A program made the translations under genes and the position numbers. From Lama guanicoe (taxonomy: Eukaryota), in the NCBI GenBank assembly GCA_013239625.1, contig MU054187.1:1745757-1809756 (forward strand): a DNA stretch of 64,000 bases, written 5' to 3'. The notes below the pieces were generated by a model that was not told the DNA's origin, did not search any database, and was given only the letters and a program-made list of their open reading frames with translations. Shown one piece after another: positions 54,061 through 64,000 of this stretch (positions are counted from its first letter, which is position 1; each line of letters begins with the position of its first letter).

Positions 54061-54186
54061 TTTTCTTTTTTTAACCTTTTGGGGGGGGTTAGTTTTGTTT
54101 ATTTATTTTAATGGAGGTGCTGGGGATTGAACCCAAGACCTTGTGCATGCCGGCACGTGCTCTACCACTGAGTTATACCTTCCCTC
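54061..54186 (-). mobile_element. tRNA-Ala-derived SINE (Vic-1-like), reverse orientation
   Basis: Reverse complement reads gagggaaggtataactcagtggtagagcacgtgcc...tgggttcaatccccagcacctccattaaaataaataaac. Confidence 0.85.
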
Positions 54187-54574
54187 TCTTTTTTTCTGAT
54201 TTTACAAAATCATTTCATTTTTTTTTTTAAAAAGGTAAGTTCAACAGTTTGCAGACTTATGGAGTGCTCAGAGCTCAGGCAGCGTCCTGTCCCAGACCAC
54301 ACACTCATTAGTGTTCTGTCCTCATCCCTACCCTTGTAATATGCTTGCAAAGAATTATTATCTTGCTCCTCATGACATGATATTATTTTATTCTTATTTT
54401 CCCTCTCAGCCCTGAGCTAATCTTGTGGGTGAGTATTAAAACGGACTTGAAATGTACAAATTATTTCTGGATAAACCTCAGCAATAAGAGTATCTAAACT
54501 ATATGAATGCATTATTCTTGTAAGCTCTTTAGGTTCATGACCCTGATTTTCTTGAAGGTACTCCTCCCTTAATT

Positions 54575-54730
54575 CTGTGGTTCTCAGATTTTAGGGTGAC
54601 CAAGAATCACCAGAGGAACTTGGTTGGAAAAAAAAAAAAGCAAGTTCTGAAGCAGTGAGTCTGCTGGATCCTGGAAATACCTATCTCAACAAGCCTTCTA
54701 GGCACCTGAGGACCACCATTTGGGAAACTC
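54575..54730. mobile_element. MER5-like hAT-Charlie DNA transposon remnant
   Basis: gtggttctca...agaatcacc...aacaagcc...ggaccaccatttgggaaac. Confidence 0.5.
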
Positions 54731-55183
54731 CACCGAACGGCAGAAATCACCTCCAGGCCCAGCTGGTGCAAGACAGGCAGGGGCATCTTTAGGGGCACAG
54801 GGGACGTGGTTCCCCAAAGTCTGAGGACTGCTCTTAAGGTCTCCTCTGAGCACGTTTGCCCTCACATTCAAGTTTGGTCCAGATGTTTGTGGACCCTGAG
54901 TTAGAGAGCTTGGAACAGTGTAGGCTTGTAAAAGCATTAACATCCCTCTGGTCCTAAGAAGAGTCAGAGCGTCCTGTCTTGACGTTACTTTTAAGCTCAA
55001 AAGCAGTCAGACTATCCAGAAAGAGGGCGGGAAAGAAGAATTAAATTGCAGAATTGATCTGATTAATTAAATGACTTAAAATCCAGTCAAGCACCAATGT
55101 CTGTCTAACATATCCAATAGAGTCCTTTTTAAAAAGTACTATATATTTTCAAAAAGCAGTTATATTAAGTACAGGCAATGACT

Positions 55184-55185
<2 letters not shown>

Positions 55186-55221
<36 letters not shown>
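55186..55221. repeat. (TG)18 microsatellite
   Basis: Seen directly. Confidence 0.95.
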
Positions 55222-55228
<7 letters not shown>

Positions 55229-55433
55229 CCCTGCAGAACTGGCCAAGCTTGATCTGAGAACAATCTAGAGAGTAGGGAAAAAATGGTTCATTTTATAATA
55301 TAAATTAGGTTTTTAACCTGTGTGCAATTGTCAAAAAGCTATCTGGAAGAAGCAATCAAATCTCAGCAATTATTTTTCCAACTCTAAAGCAATTTTATCC
55401 CTAAAATAAAGTAAAAGCAAAACTGTGTCTTAC

Positions 55434-56225
55434 GTTTATTGTTAAAGACTTGTCTTCCGCCCACGTCGATGACTTTGGTTTGCCTCCTTTCCCCGGAGAG
55501 GTGCTCCAGGAGAAACCTGTCCAGCTCCTTGTAGGTGTGATGGAAAACGCAGCCTCGCTCGGCCTGCAGGGCGATGGCGTGTTCCAGCAAACTCAAGTTC
55601 CCCTTCGCTTTCTCCAGGTCCACAGCCTCCCCCGGCCCCGCTGCCAGGCACCTGAGGTCCTCGCCCTCCCTCCCGGGGAACGAGGGCTGGGCTCTGCCCT
55701 CCGTCGGGTCCACCTGAGCATCCTCCAGGTCTCTCCTTTCTGCCGCCGAATCACACGCGTTTTCACAAGAGAGAAATTCGTCACCTTCCGTCTTTATTTC
55801 GGGGGCTTCCAAGAGGTCTTTCCGATCATCCTCTAATGCATACTTTGGGACTCTCTGAGGTTTGGTTTCGTCTGAGAAGTTGGAGCCACTGTCCCAGCCG
55901 TTCTCCGCACTTTCACAGTTACTTTCGTTGTCGGAGGAGGAGCAGAACCGCAGCCGGGAGTCCTCGGTTTTGTCTCCTCCGTCGTCGGAATGAATCATAA
56001 AGCACTCGTCGGCTTCATCGCCCTCGGCGCGTAGAGACTGGATGCCGCTGTCATTTAAGTTTTCACTTGCCGTCTGCACGGATGCATTTTTCTCAAATTT
56101 CCCCAAGTGCATCAAAGATTTGACCACGAGCTCTCGGTAACAGTCGTAGGTGTCTTCCTTCCCCTCGGAGTTTTCCTGTGCAGCCGAGTGAAGTGTCTCA
56201 CCCACAGGTTTTATCACGATCTCTT
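55434..56225 (-). CDS. ST18: ST18 coding exon B (792 bp), acidic region: EEIVIKP...KGNLSLLEHAIALQAE...FNNK
   Basis: Acceptor tttttctacag, donor GTAAGA. Phase 1-1. Lies within ORF 55384..56631. Confidence 0.96.
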
Positions 56226-59094
56226 CTGTAGAAAAAGAAAGCCAATATTTGAAAAACGAAAAAAAATACTTGAAGGAAATTACACTGATAGGTGAATATA
56301 CGTACAGACACATACGTGTGTAATATGTGAATATGGGGGCTCCATCAATTTCATAAACATTGGGTAGAAAAACACATACCCGCTTAAAACAAAACTTAGG
56401 CCTTAATGTTCTAAGAATCGCCTTTATACAGCAACGAGCTGTTCGAATTATGTAAAAGCTAAGTGCTGCTGGCTGCTGAAATGAATACTCGACTGTAACA
56501 GGTTCTGAATGTGAAGTGACTGCTCCTGTCTCTCTCACATTTGCACATCTCAGCCAATACACATCATGCTGTACGTGATGAAAGAAGTATTCACGGGACT
56601 TCTCTGCCAGCACAGCAGATATATTGTCCAAGAGTCTTTGGTTTATTTTCTCTGCCTCCTTAGTGTCTCAAACGCACTTTCAGATTTTTATGGACCGTTT
56701 GCTAAAACACAGAACACGTCTACATAGGAACGGTTACTAAAAGAAGCCTGGAGTTTTCAAGGCTTCCTGATCACTTGCGTAAGTGTCGCAGGAGAGCTGC
56801 ACGCCGAGGGAAGCACAGGTAAGTGGGAGAGTCGACATGATCCACAGTGTCTCAAATCAGCACCTCTCTGGTACCTGCGAGCATTTGTGTGAAGAGGAAA
56901 CGAGGCGGGCGGGGGGGTGGCTGGGGGATGTCGAATGTTAGCTCGTTGTTCTCAGGTCAGGGCCGATTGTGTCTTGATGGTCCAAGAAGGTCTGTGGCTG
57001 AGAGACTGAGAACAGGCCCCAAGTGCCAGTCTGTCCACTGGATGTCCACTGTCCCAGACTTGCCCCTCCCCTCTCGGCAGGGGCCCAGGAGGGGTGACAG
57101 ACGTACGTGTGTGTGGTCAGCCTCCCCAAGCCCGTCTCGGTGCAGACACACCAGCAAACAGAGCTGCAGGTTCACTGGCGCCCTCGCCCCCCACCCAGCA
57201 CATGGGGTGGTCCAGGGAGCCCACGCCCAGCGCACGCCTGGCTGCGAAAGGCACCAGACAAGCCGGCAGTGGTGCCTGACATTCACCAAGACCAAAAAAA
57301 AAAAAATAAATAAATAAAATAAAAAGAAAGAAAGGAAAAAAAAAGCAGGACCATTTCTGTGTCTCCAAAGGCAGGGTGGGGGATGGGAAACACAAAATAA
57401 TGAGCCCCTGGAAGACTGCTGCAGACCCCAGGTGGAGAGCACCCTGCGTTCGTCAACATCTCGGGAGGGAAGGCAGCACGGCCGTCCCGGGGAAGGGCTG
57501 CGGGAGGGGGTGTCTGTGCAGAAGACAATCTGCCTCTTTTTCTTCTTTTTTTTTGGTCTCATTTAATTTTTTACAAACATTGTCTCTGACAAGGACACTC
57601 AAAAATACATCTCCATCATCTTCCTTTCTGGTAATTATCTCCCTAAATCAACACTGGACGGCCAGGATCAAGTAAATATTGCCATAGTAACTAAAAGCAT
57701 TTTTGGATGAAGGGAAGAATTCAGTCACAACACTAGCCCCTTTAAATAATGCTGATTATAGGGTGAAGTCTTTTGTTGGGATCTATTCAACATAAACTGA
57801 AAAATTTAACATTTTACTTCCTAGAAAAGAGGCTGGCACACCAAGCACATAATGTTTGGTAGGACAGGCTATCCTCTCCTGAATTCATATCAGAGCGACT
57901 CCAGGTTTAAATAATATATTAAACAGTGTCTAAAATGCAAATGAAGTTTTTCTCAACGTCGCGGTTGGCTATTAAGAGAAAGTGTAAAGGGTTATGACAA
58001 TTTTAAAGTATTATGAACTAGAGAAAACAAATAAAAAGCATTTTCAGTGAATATGCTCAATTCATTGAACTATTCTCTCACTGCACTTAACTACCCGCAT
58101 GTGTACAATAATGATTTATAGACATTATACCTAATTATGCATATTTGGGCTGTGCGGGAGTGCTAACAAAAGCTCTGAAAGCAACAATTACCTCTGTTGC
58201 TTAGCTACATAGTTTAAAATATTCCTATTAAGTGCAGATCTCCAGAGAGGCGGGAGTGACAGGGACGCACGTGTGCCCGGCAACGCCCGTCCCTGTGCCG
58301 CTGCCAACGTGAGCCCTGCGGGTCACTCCCAGTTTACAGAATTGTTTGATTCAACTGTTGGTTATATGCTGAAAGAAAACATTTATTCATTATTCTTCAG
58401 CAAGAGAGGAGCCCGGCGGGGAGAGGTGCCCGCGTGCCTCGCCCGCGGGCTTCCGGGGATGTCCCGCAAGCCTGCGGGCCGCCCGCCCGAGTGCCGCCCC
58501 CTCCGCTTCCACTGCAGTCATGCCGGAAGGAGCAGCGGGCCAGCTCCTGAGGCTGACAGATCTGTGGCCGGGCGGGGAGGGGGGCTCGGCTCCCCCAGCT
58601 GCGGGCTGTTATCTTCCAGGGTGATCGATGTGCTTTAGCCACCGAAATAACCCGCGGAGCCCTGCCTTGGGGGCCTCGGGCTGGCTGTGGGCCTGGCACG
58701 CGTCTCGGTGCGTCCCAACAGGGGCTTTTCCCTTGTCTGGGCCCAGCACCCTCACCCTCCCTGGAGAGCGGGTGACACCCTCCCCAGATACTACTGGGAC
58801 CTTAGTGATGGCAGAGGAGACCTGCGACCTTCCATATAAGTGAGGTGGGGCCTGGCTTTTATTCAGAGTAAGTGGTGACACCCCCCCACAAGGAGGAAGT
58901 GCTCAGGCCAGGGTGTGGAGAAGGCCCAGCCCAGCTCACCACACACGCGACACGTGCTACCAACCGCCTAGGGAACGGAGGGTTAGCGCACGGTGTGGTC
59001 CTAGGTGTGAGGTCCGGAGACGGGGGTCCTGCGGCCAGCCCAGCACCACCTGCCTCCTGAGCCTCAGGGTGAGCCAATGACATCTCAAGACAAT

Positions 59095-59330
59095 AAACTA
59101 GTACGTTCCTGGCATGGTGTTCAGTTGTTTATTTCACTTCATCCTCACGATAACCACAAGAAAGGTACTTTCTCCTCCATTTTACAGAAGGGAAGCGAGC
59201 TAAGGGCTTGTTCAGGTCTACAGAGCTGAGGGCTTGTTCGAGGTCACACAAGCAGCCAGTGGAGGGGGGTGGCGCTGAGATCCAGACCCAGGGAGGGGAG
59301 CCTAGCGTTTCCCCAGGTTCAGATACTTTC
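59095..59330 (-). mobile_element. MIR SINE remnant with small internal duplication
   Basis: catcctcacgataacc...ccattttacagaaggga...; gagctaagggcttgttcaggtc is repeated as gagctgagggcttgttcgaggtc. Confidence 0.55.
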
Positions 59331-59349
59331 AAGAGGGGATTTACAGGGC

Positions 59350-59440
59350 AGGTGGCGGGTTAAGGATCAATGGTAGGGTGTGTGCTTAGCAGGTGTGAGC
59401 CCTGGGTTCAATCAATTTTAAGGACCCGATTAAAAAAAAA
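59350..59440 (+). mobile_element. Degenerate tRNA-derived SINE
   Basis: tcaatggtagggtgtgtgcttagcaggtgtgagccctgggttcaatc followed by an A-run. Confidence 0.6.
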
Positions 59441-61283
59441 GAGCGTATTTATAGGAAAACACTAGAATACACTTGTCAGCTAACTTCTAACAAAAAACAA
59501 TGATCCCTAAGTTATAAATGAAAATACATAAAAACAAATATCACAACAAAACCAAAACTAACAAATCAAAGCATCAGCTTTCTCAGCAACACAACAAGGG
59601 TTGGAAAACTCCTGGGTGCACCTGGGGCGTCGCAGGGCCGGACCGGCACGGAGATGGCCCTTCTCCCTGAGTGCAGCTCACAGTGTGGGGAGGGGGAAGG
59701 GGCTGGCCCTGGGGCAACGTTTTTCGCCTGACATGTAAAAGTTCACACTTGTTAATTTGCTTTAAACCAAAGTCCCTCCTGTGAGGTGTCTGGTCACCTG
59801 AAGGTGCGTCTTAGTGATTCTGTCCGTGTATTAGCTGTTCTGCAGTGAAACAACTTAGACAAGAGAAATCCTCTGAAACTCACAACACGTTTTGAGCTCA
59901 ATTCCTTCAGTACAACTAGATTTTTACTATACTTGGATTTTAGTTCTTTTTTTGTAACTATTCTAGTTGCTTTTAGGGTAAAGTAGCTTTCCAGACCCCC
60001 GGGTGTGTACATTTTGCTGGGAGTAAAAGCTCTAAAAACATGAATTCATCTCTCAGAATTTCCCAGTTGGAGTGGCTTAGCGTCTCTCTGCTGTTTGCTG
60101 AGAGGTGATATGTTAGGAGTGCCGTCCCAGCTGCTGGAGCTCCCGCGACGGGGCAGGTTTCCGGGAGTCACGGACTCACGGCCTGGGGAGGCCCCCGTGT
60201 GGCGCTGGCCCCCGCCCCCTCGTCTGCGCTGGGAAACACGGGCTCATCCCGCCTCCTGACTCCACCTGGCAGGCCCACCTCCTGCTAGCCCAGGGAGGAA
60301 GGGGCACCGCGTGGTTCTGCCCACGTTCTCTTCTATCAACCATCCTTCCTGCCCACTTGGAGGTCTTGGAAAGAGCCAGCGGGGGTTACGGGGCGGAGTT
60401 TCCCACTGAAGGGTTCTAAGCTCATGCCTTTAGCCTTCACAAGCTACGCCCTCTCCCATCACCTGAACTGCTCACTGAGGACCCAGTCGGGCACACACAC
60501 CTGGGCAGGTGAAGGCCCTGGGTGCCCGGAGGAAAAGAGATGGCAGATGCAAACCCTTACGCTGGGCTTGGGCGCAAACTCAGCTCTCTTTCCTTTGGGC
60601 AGAGGGGTAGATAACTCGCTCAGAGGGCCGAAGACAACTGAGTTTGCTCTTTCGACCGGGGGCAGGAGCATCTGTGACCTGTCGTTTCTGGAAATGCGAC
60701 TCTGTGACCTGATCTTGTGGGAACTCTGCCCAGCCTGCCTCCCGAAGGTAGTCAGAGCGTGGGGAGGACTGGATTGTGGAGCCTGAGAGCTGGGCAAGCA
60801 TTATTTTGCTCGTCCATCGATTGCTTCTTAAATGTCTTCTTCCCATACCTACAAGCTGCATCAGCTTCAGCACTGAATCCTTTCGTCCTCGGTGGTCTCA
60901 TCTGTACAACTGTGACCATAATTACACACCCCACGTCACTGTGGGGCAGATTCAGTGATATAGTCCATGTGCTTGGAATATATTAAGAATTCGGAAATCA
61001 TGGCCATGATTCTGTAATTTGAGCACATTTGTTATTAGCAATAGTGGTTCTAACATCAAATATAAAAGGAGTCAACATTTGTGAAGCCACACAGAGACGC
61101 CCATCAGTGCTTATAAGCGAATACCTGACTGGGAACCCTTGACGGTGTACTTTCCTGGCTACATCTACACTGACCGTCCAGCTACAACAGAAGGTGGGGA
61201 GCCAGTGGGTGGTTGCAGATACAGCCCTCGTCCTCACGGCATTTGCAAAGCGGGTGCTGGTTTAAAGATGCCCATTTTCTGTT

Positions 61284-61385
61284 GGGGAGGGCAGAGCTCA
61301 GTGGGTTCAGTCCCCAGGACCTCCATGAAAAAAATTTAAAAAATCCTTAAGTTTCCCCCCTCAAAAAACCCCTAAACAAACAAAA
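61284..61385 (+). mobile_element. tRNA-derived SINE with internal deletion
   Basis: ggggagggcagagctcagtgg|gttcagtccccaggacctccatg plus tail; anticodon arm missing. Flanked by similar atgcccattttct / acgctcattttct (decayed TSD). Confidence 0.7.
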
Positions 61386-62094
61386 ACGCTCATTTTCTTA
61401 AATGCTTGGCGAATTAACCCTGAGATAAGTTACGCCTCACATCTCACCACACTGATTCAAAGACTTTCCCTTAATGCTAGATTCAACCTGTAATTTTCCT
61501 GAATCACCACCAACAAGAAACGGACCAGCTCAAGGAAACAGACAAAAAAGTCAAGGATGATTATAATTTACAGGTGAGCAGGGAGGTCTTAAGCCATATG
61601 TTAAATGCAGAAAAGTCAGAAGATTTACTCAAACGCTAGCAAATCGGCACGTAACTGTGTTTTAACCACAGAACTTCAGGCTACTTGCAAGTCGAGATTG
61701 CTGGAAATCTGGTGATTGTGATCAGAGATCTGTGCCCACTCAGACAGCAGCCTTCCCCACTTTTCTTTAACACCTATGGCTGTCAGTACAGTTCCATACG
61801 CAACAGACATGTGTGATCTGAGAATCTTGTTGCCTTTGTATAATTTATGCTTCTTTTCAAATAACAACTTATTTTGTCTATTTTGACTTCTTAAAAACTC
61901 ACATTCAGAAAAAACGGGTACGTAACAGAACATACATACATCTACTTTCATTTTCTAGTAAGCCACACTTTAGACTTCCATGTATTCTTTTAAATAAACT
62001 TTTAAGGTACTTCTCATATGCCCTTTGAGTCCGGCCTCGTGCCCAGTGTGGGGCCCCTGTGGCTACCAGGGACTGATCCCACAATCTCAAAATA

Positions 62095-62310
62095 GAACCA
62101 GGAGTGTAGGATTCAGAGACACAAACGACTATGCGTAAAGTAGGTGAGCACCCAGGATGTGCTGTGCAGCACAGGGAGTTACGGCCATTACACTGTAATG
62201 GCTTTAATGGAGTTTTACCTGCAGGAACACTGAATCACTACGCTGTACACCCGAAACTAACATAATCTTGTAAATACATGGCAGTTAAAAAGTAAACAAA
62301 ATAAAATAAA
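62095..62310 (+). mobile_element. Old LINE-1 3' end fragment
   Basis: gctgtgcagcacagggag...actgaatcactacgctgtacacccgaaactaacataat followed by an A-rich tail. Confidence 0.75.
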
Positions 62311-62776
62311 ATTTCGAAATAGAGTCTCACAGGTCCTGTCATAAATGTCTCGAAGTGTGTTTTGCGGGTTGTTCTCAGGGCCGAGACGCCGGCCCACCAG
62401 GGGGTCGAGGCCACCTGACTCTGAGGCCTGGTCGCTTGTATTTCCTTCAGAAACAGGCACAGCCCAATCCTGTGCCCCTGGAAAGGGCTTCAGGGCGAGG
62501 ATGCTCTGCAGCTTACAGCTACACTCTCCAGGGACGGAGGGACAACCGGTCCTCCCTGGGTGGGTGCTGAGGGACGTGAATGTTTGGTTTTGCTTCCTAA
62601 TTGCAACATGCTGGAGGGAGGATACAGCTCAAACTACCTCCCCCCCAAAGACCCAAAACCCAAACCCAAACCAAATCTAATTGCAACGTGCTTTTCCCAC
62701 CACACAAATGGCGGGTTTTCTGCAAGGTAAGGTGGTGCCCGGGGTGCGTGAAGTTGGGCCCACTCGCCCTTGGTAC

Positions 62777-62976
62777 CTGCACTGGGGGGGTGCTTGGTCT
62801 CCTGGGGGCCGTCCTGCCCCTCTGCCTCCGGCCGCTCGGCACGGCCCTCCTCGCAGTCCACGCTGGGGCAGTAGTGTCGGGGCTTCATGAGCAGGGACTT
62901 CCTCTTGTTGACCGGGACCCCCAGCGCCGGCTCTCCAGCCCTCCTCTTCTTGGCTGGGGAGCCATCGTAGGCAGCG
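62777..62976 (-). CDS. ST18: ST18 coding exon A (200 bp): AAYDGSPAKKRR...GVPVNKRKSLLMKPRHY...PSA
   Basis: Acceptor ccactgcag at 62977, donor GTACCA at 62776. Phase 2 in, phase 1 out. Contains the ST18 motif NKRKSLLMKPRHY. Confidence 0.92.
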
Positions 62977-64000
62977 CTGCAGTGGAGGGGACAGAGGAAG
63001 AAAGTGGTGAAAGGGTTCACTGCTGCCTGCCCTTGACCATCACCAAGCGCAACCCAGACACCTGGGACCCAGGGGTTGGGGTCAGCGGTCAGCACGAACA
63101 ACAACAGTCCGTCCATGGAATGCACTGAACTGTGCAGACTCCATGTTACTGCCTATCAGAAGAGTTTGAAAAAATCATCCTTAATCCTGAGTGAGCATAT
63201 GTTAATCTGTGCTTTGCTTGGCACTGCGCTCAATACCAGGGAGGGATGAAACAAGATTCGCACTGGTTTGCTAATCCTGAGAAGGACCTAATGTGAAAAT
63301 ACACCAGCAGATACGAGAAACGTGTCCAGCGCGGGTAAATCACAAGGTCTTCCCACGGTGGCCTGCTGCGGGAACCGCTTATCTCTGCCGCAGTTGCACA
63401 TTCAACTTGAGATGCCACATCCTGGGCTTTGACTTGAAAGACGGGGGCATTAGGGGAGGGGACAAGCTGTGAACATTTGATCAGCTCATCCCCACCCCTG
63501 GAAAAAAGTGGCAAGATGCGGGTGGCATGCTGCCTTTGATTTTCCCTCCATTTGGCACGCAGAACAAACAAATAAAAGGAGGGGAAATAAGATTGGATTT
63601 CACAAAAACGGACAACAGTTTATCCTTCCTCCTGTTCTCATACAGTTTTGTTTTTTTTTTTTTTGGACGTGCTCCTGAGGTGGCCCTTTCAAAATAGATT
63701 TCCCACGTTCAGCTCACTTGGAATTAATGCAGATCACTCCACGTGTTGAAGTTAAGACAAACATTCTCTTGGCAAGATCCGGGAAGACCAGAGGGTTTAG
63801 ACAACAGTGAGTCTATGACATATACTATTAAATGCTCTTTGAAGAAAAATGCAAGAGCTTGAGATGAACAATTCCAGAGGAGAGAACCCTGGACTCAGAG
63901 TAATGAGCCAGTGCTCACTACATCTCTAGAAGATGATCGACGCGTCAGTGACATTCCTCGGATGAGGCCTTAAATCGTTCTCTTGGAAACATCAATGCAA

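Noticed and set aside
62391..62408. CTCF-like CCACCAGGGGGTCG
   Set aside because: Mismatch at the conserved C after the G-run and no upstream module; too weak to call.
62977..64000. Upstream ST18 coding exons (start codon region)
   Set aside because: No match to the recalled N-terminal ~29 residues; probably beyond the window.

Overview
Mammalian genomic DNA, probably camelid: it carries tRNA-Ala-derived Vic-1-like SINEs and artiodactyl-type L1 3' ends. The minus strand holds most of ST18 (MYT3/NZF3), a MYT1-family CCHHC zinc-finger transcription factor. I traced 18 coding exons from 62976 down to the TAG stop at 9067-9069, followed by a ~2.25 kb 3' UTR with AATAAA at 6821-6826. The first ~29 codons were not found and probably lie beyond the right end of the window. 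All exons have AG acceptors and join in consistent phase except one. The exon starting at 14490 loses homology after ...EELMT (14424) and has no in-phase GT donor, so the gene as assembled cannot be spliced to the full-length protein. This lies ~580 bp from a 13-N gap, so it is either an assembly error or a real lesion. Other signals: local AT-to-GC substitution (GC-biased gene conversion-like) in an L1 remnant and in coding exons; an intronic CpG island with a promoter-like ETS/Sp/E-box cluster; a candidate CTCF site with upstream module; a 3' UTR cluster of miR-130/301 and miR-148/152 sites; and an inverted SINE pair. I found no evidence of a new multi-gene system. Comparisons to human ST18 are from memory and need an alignment to confirm.
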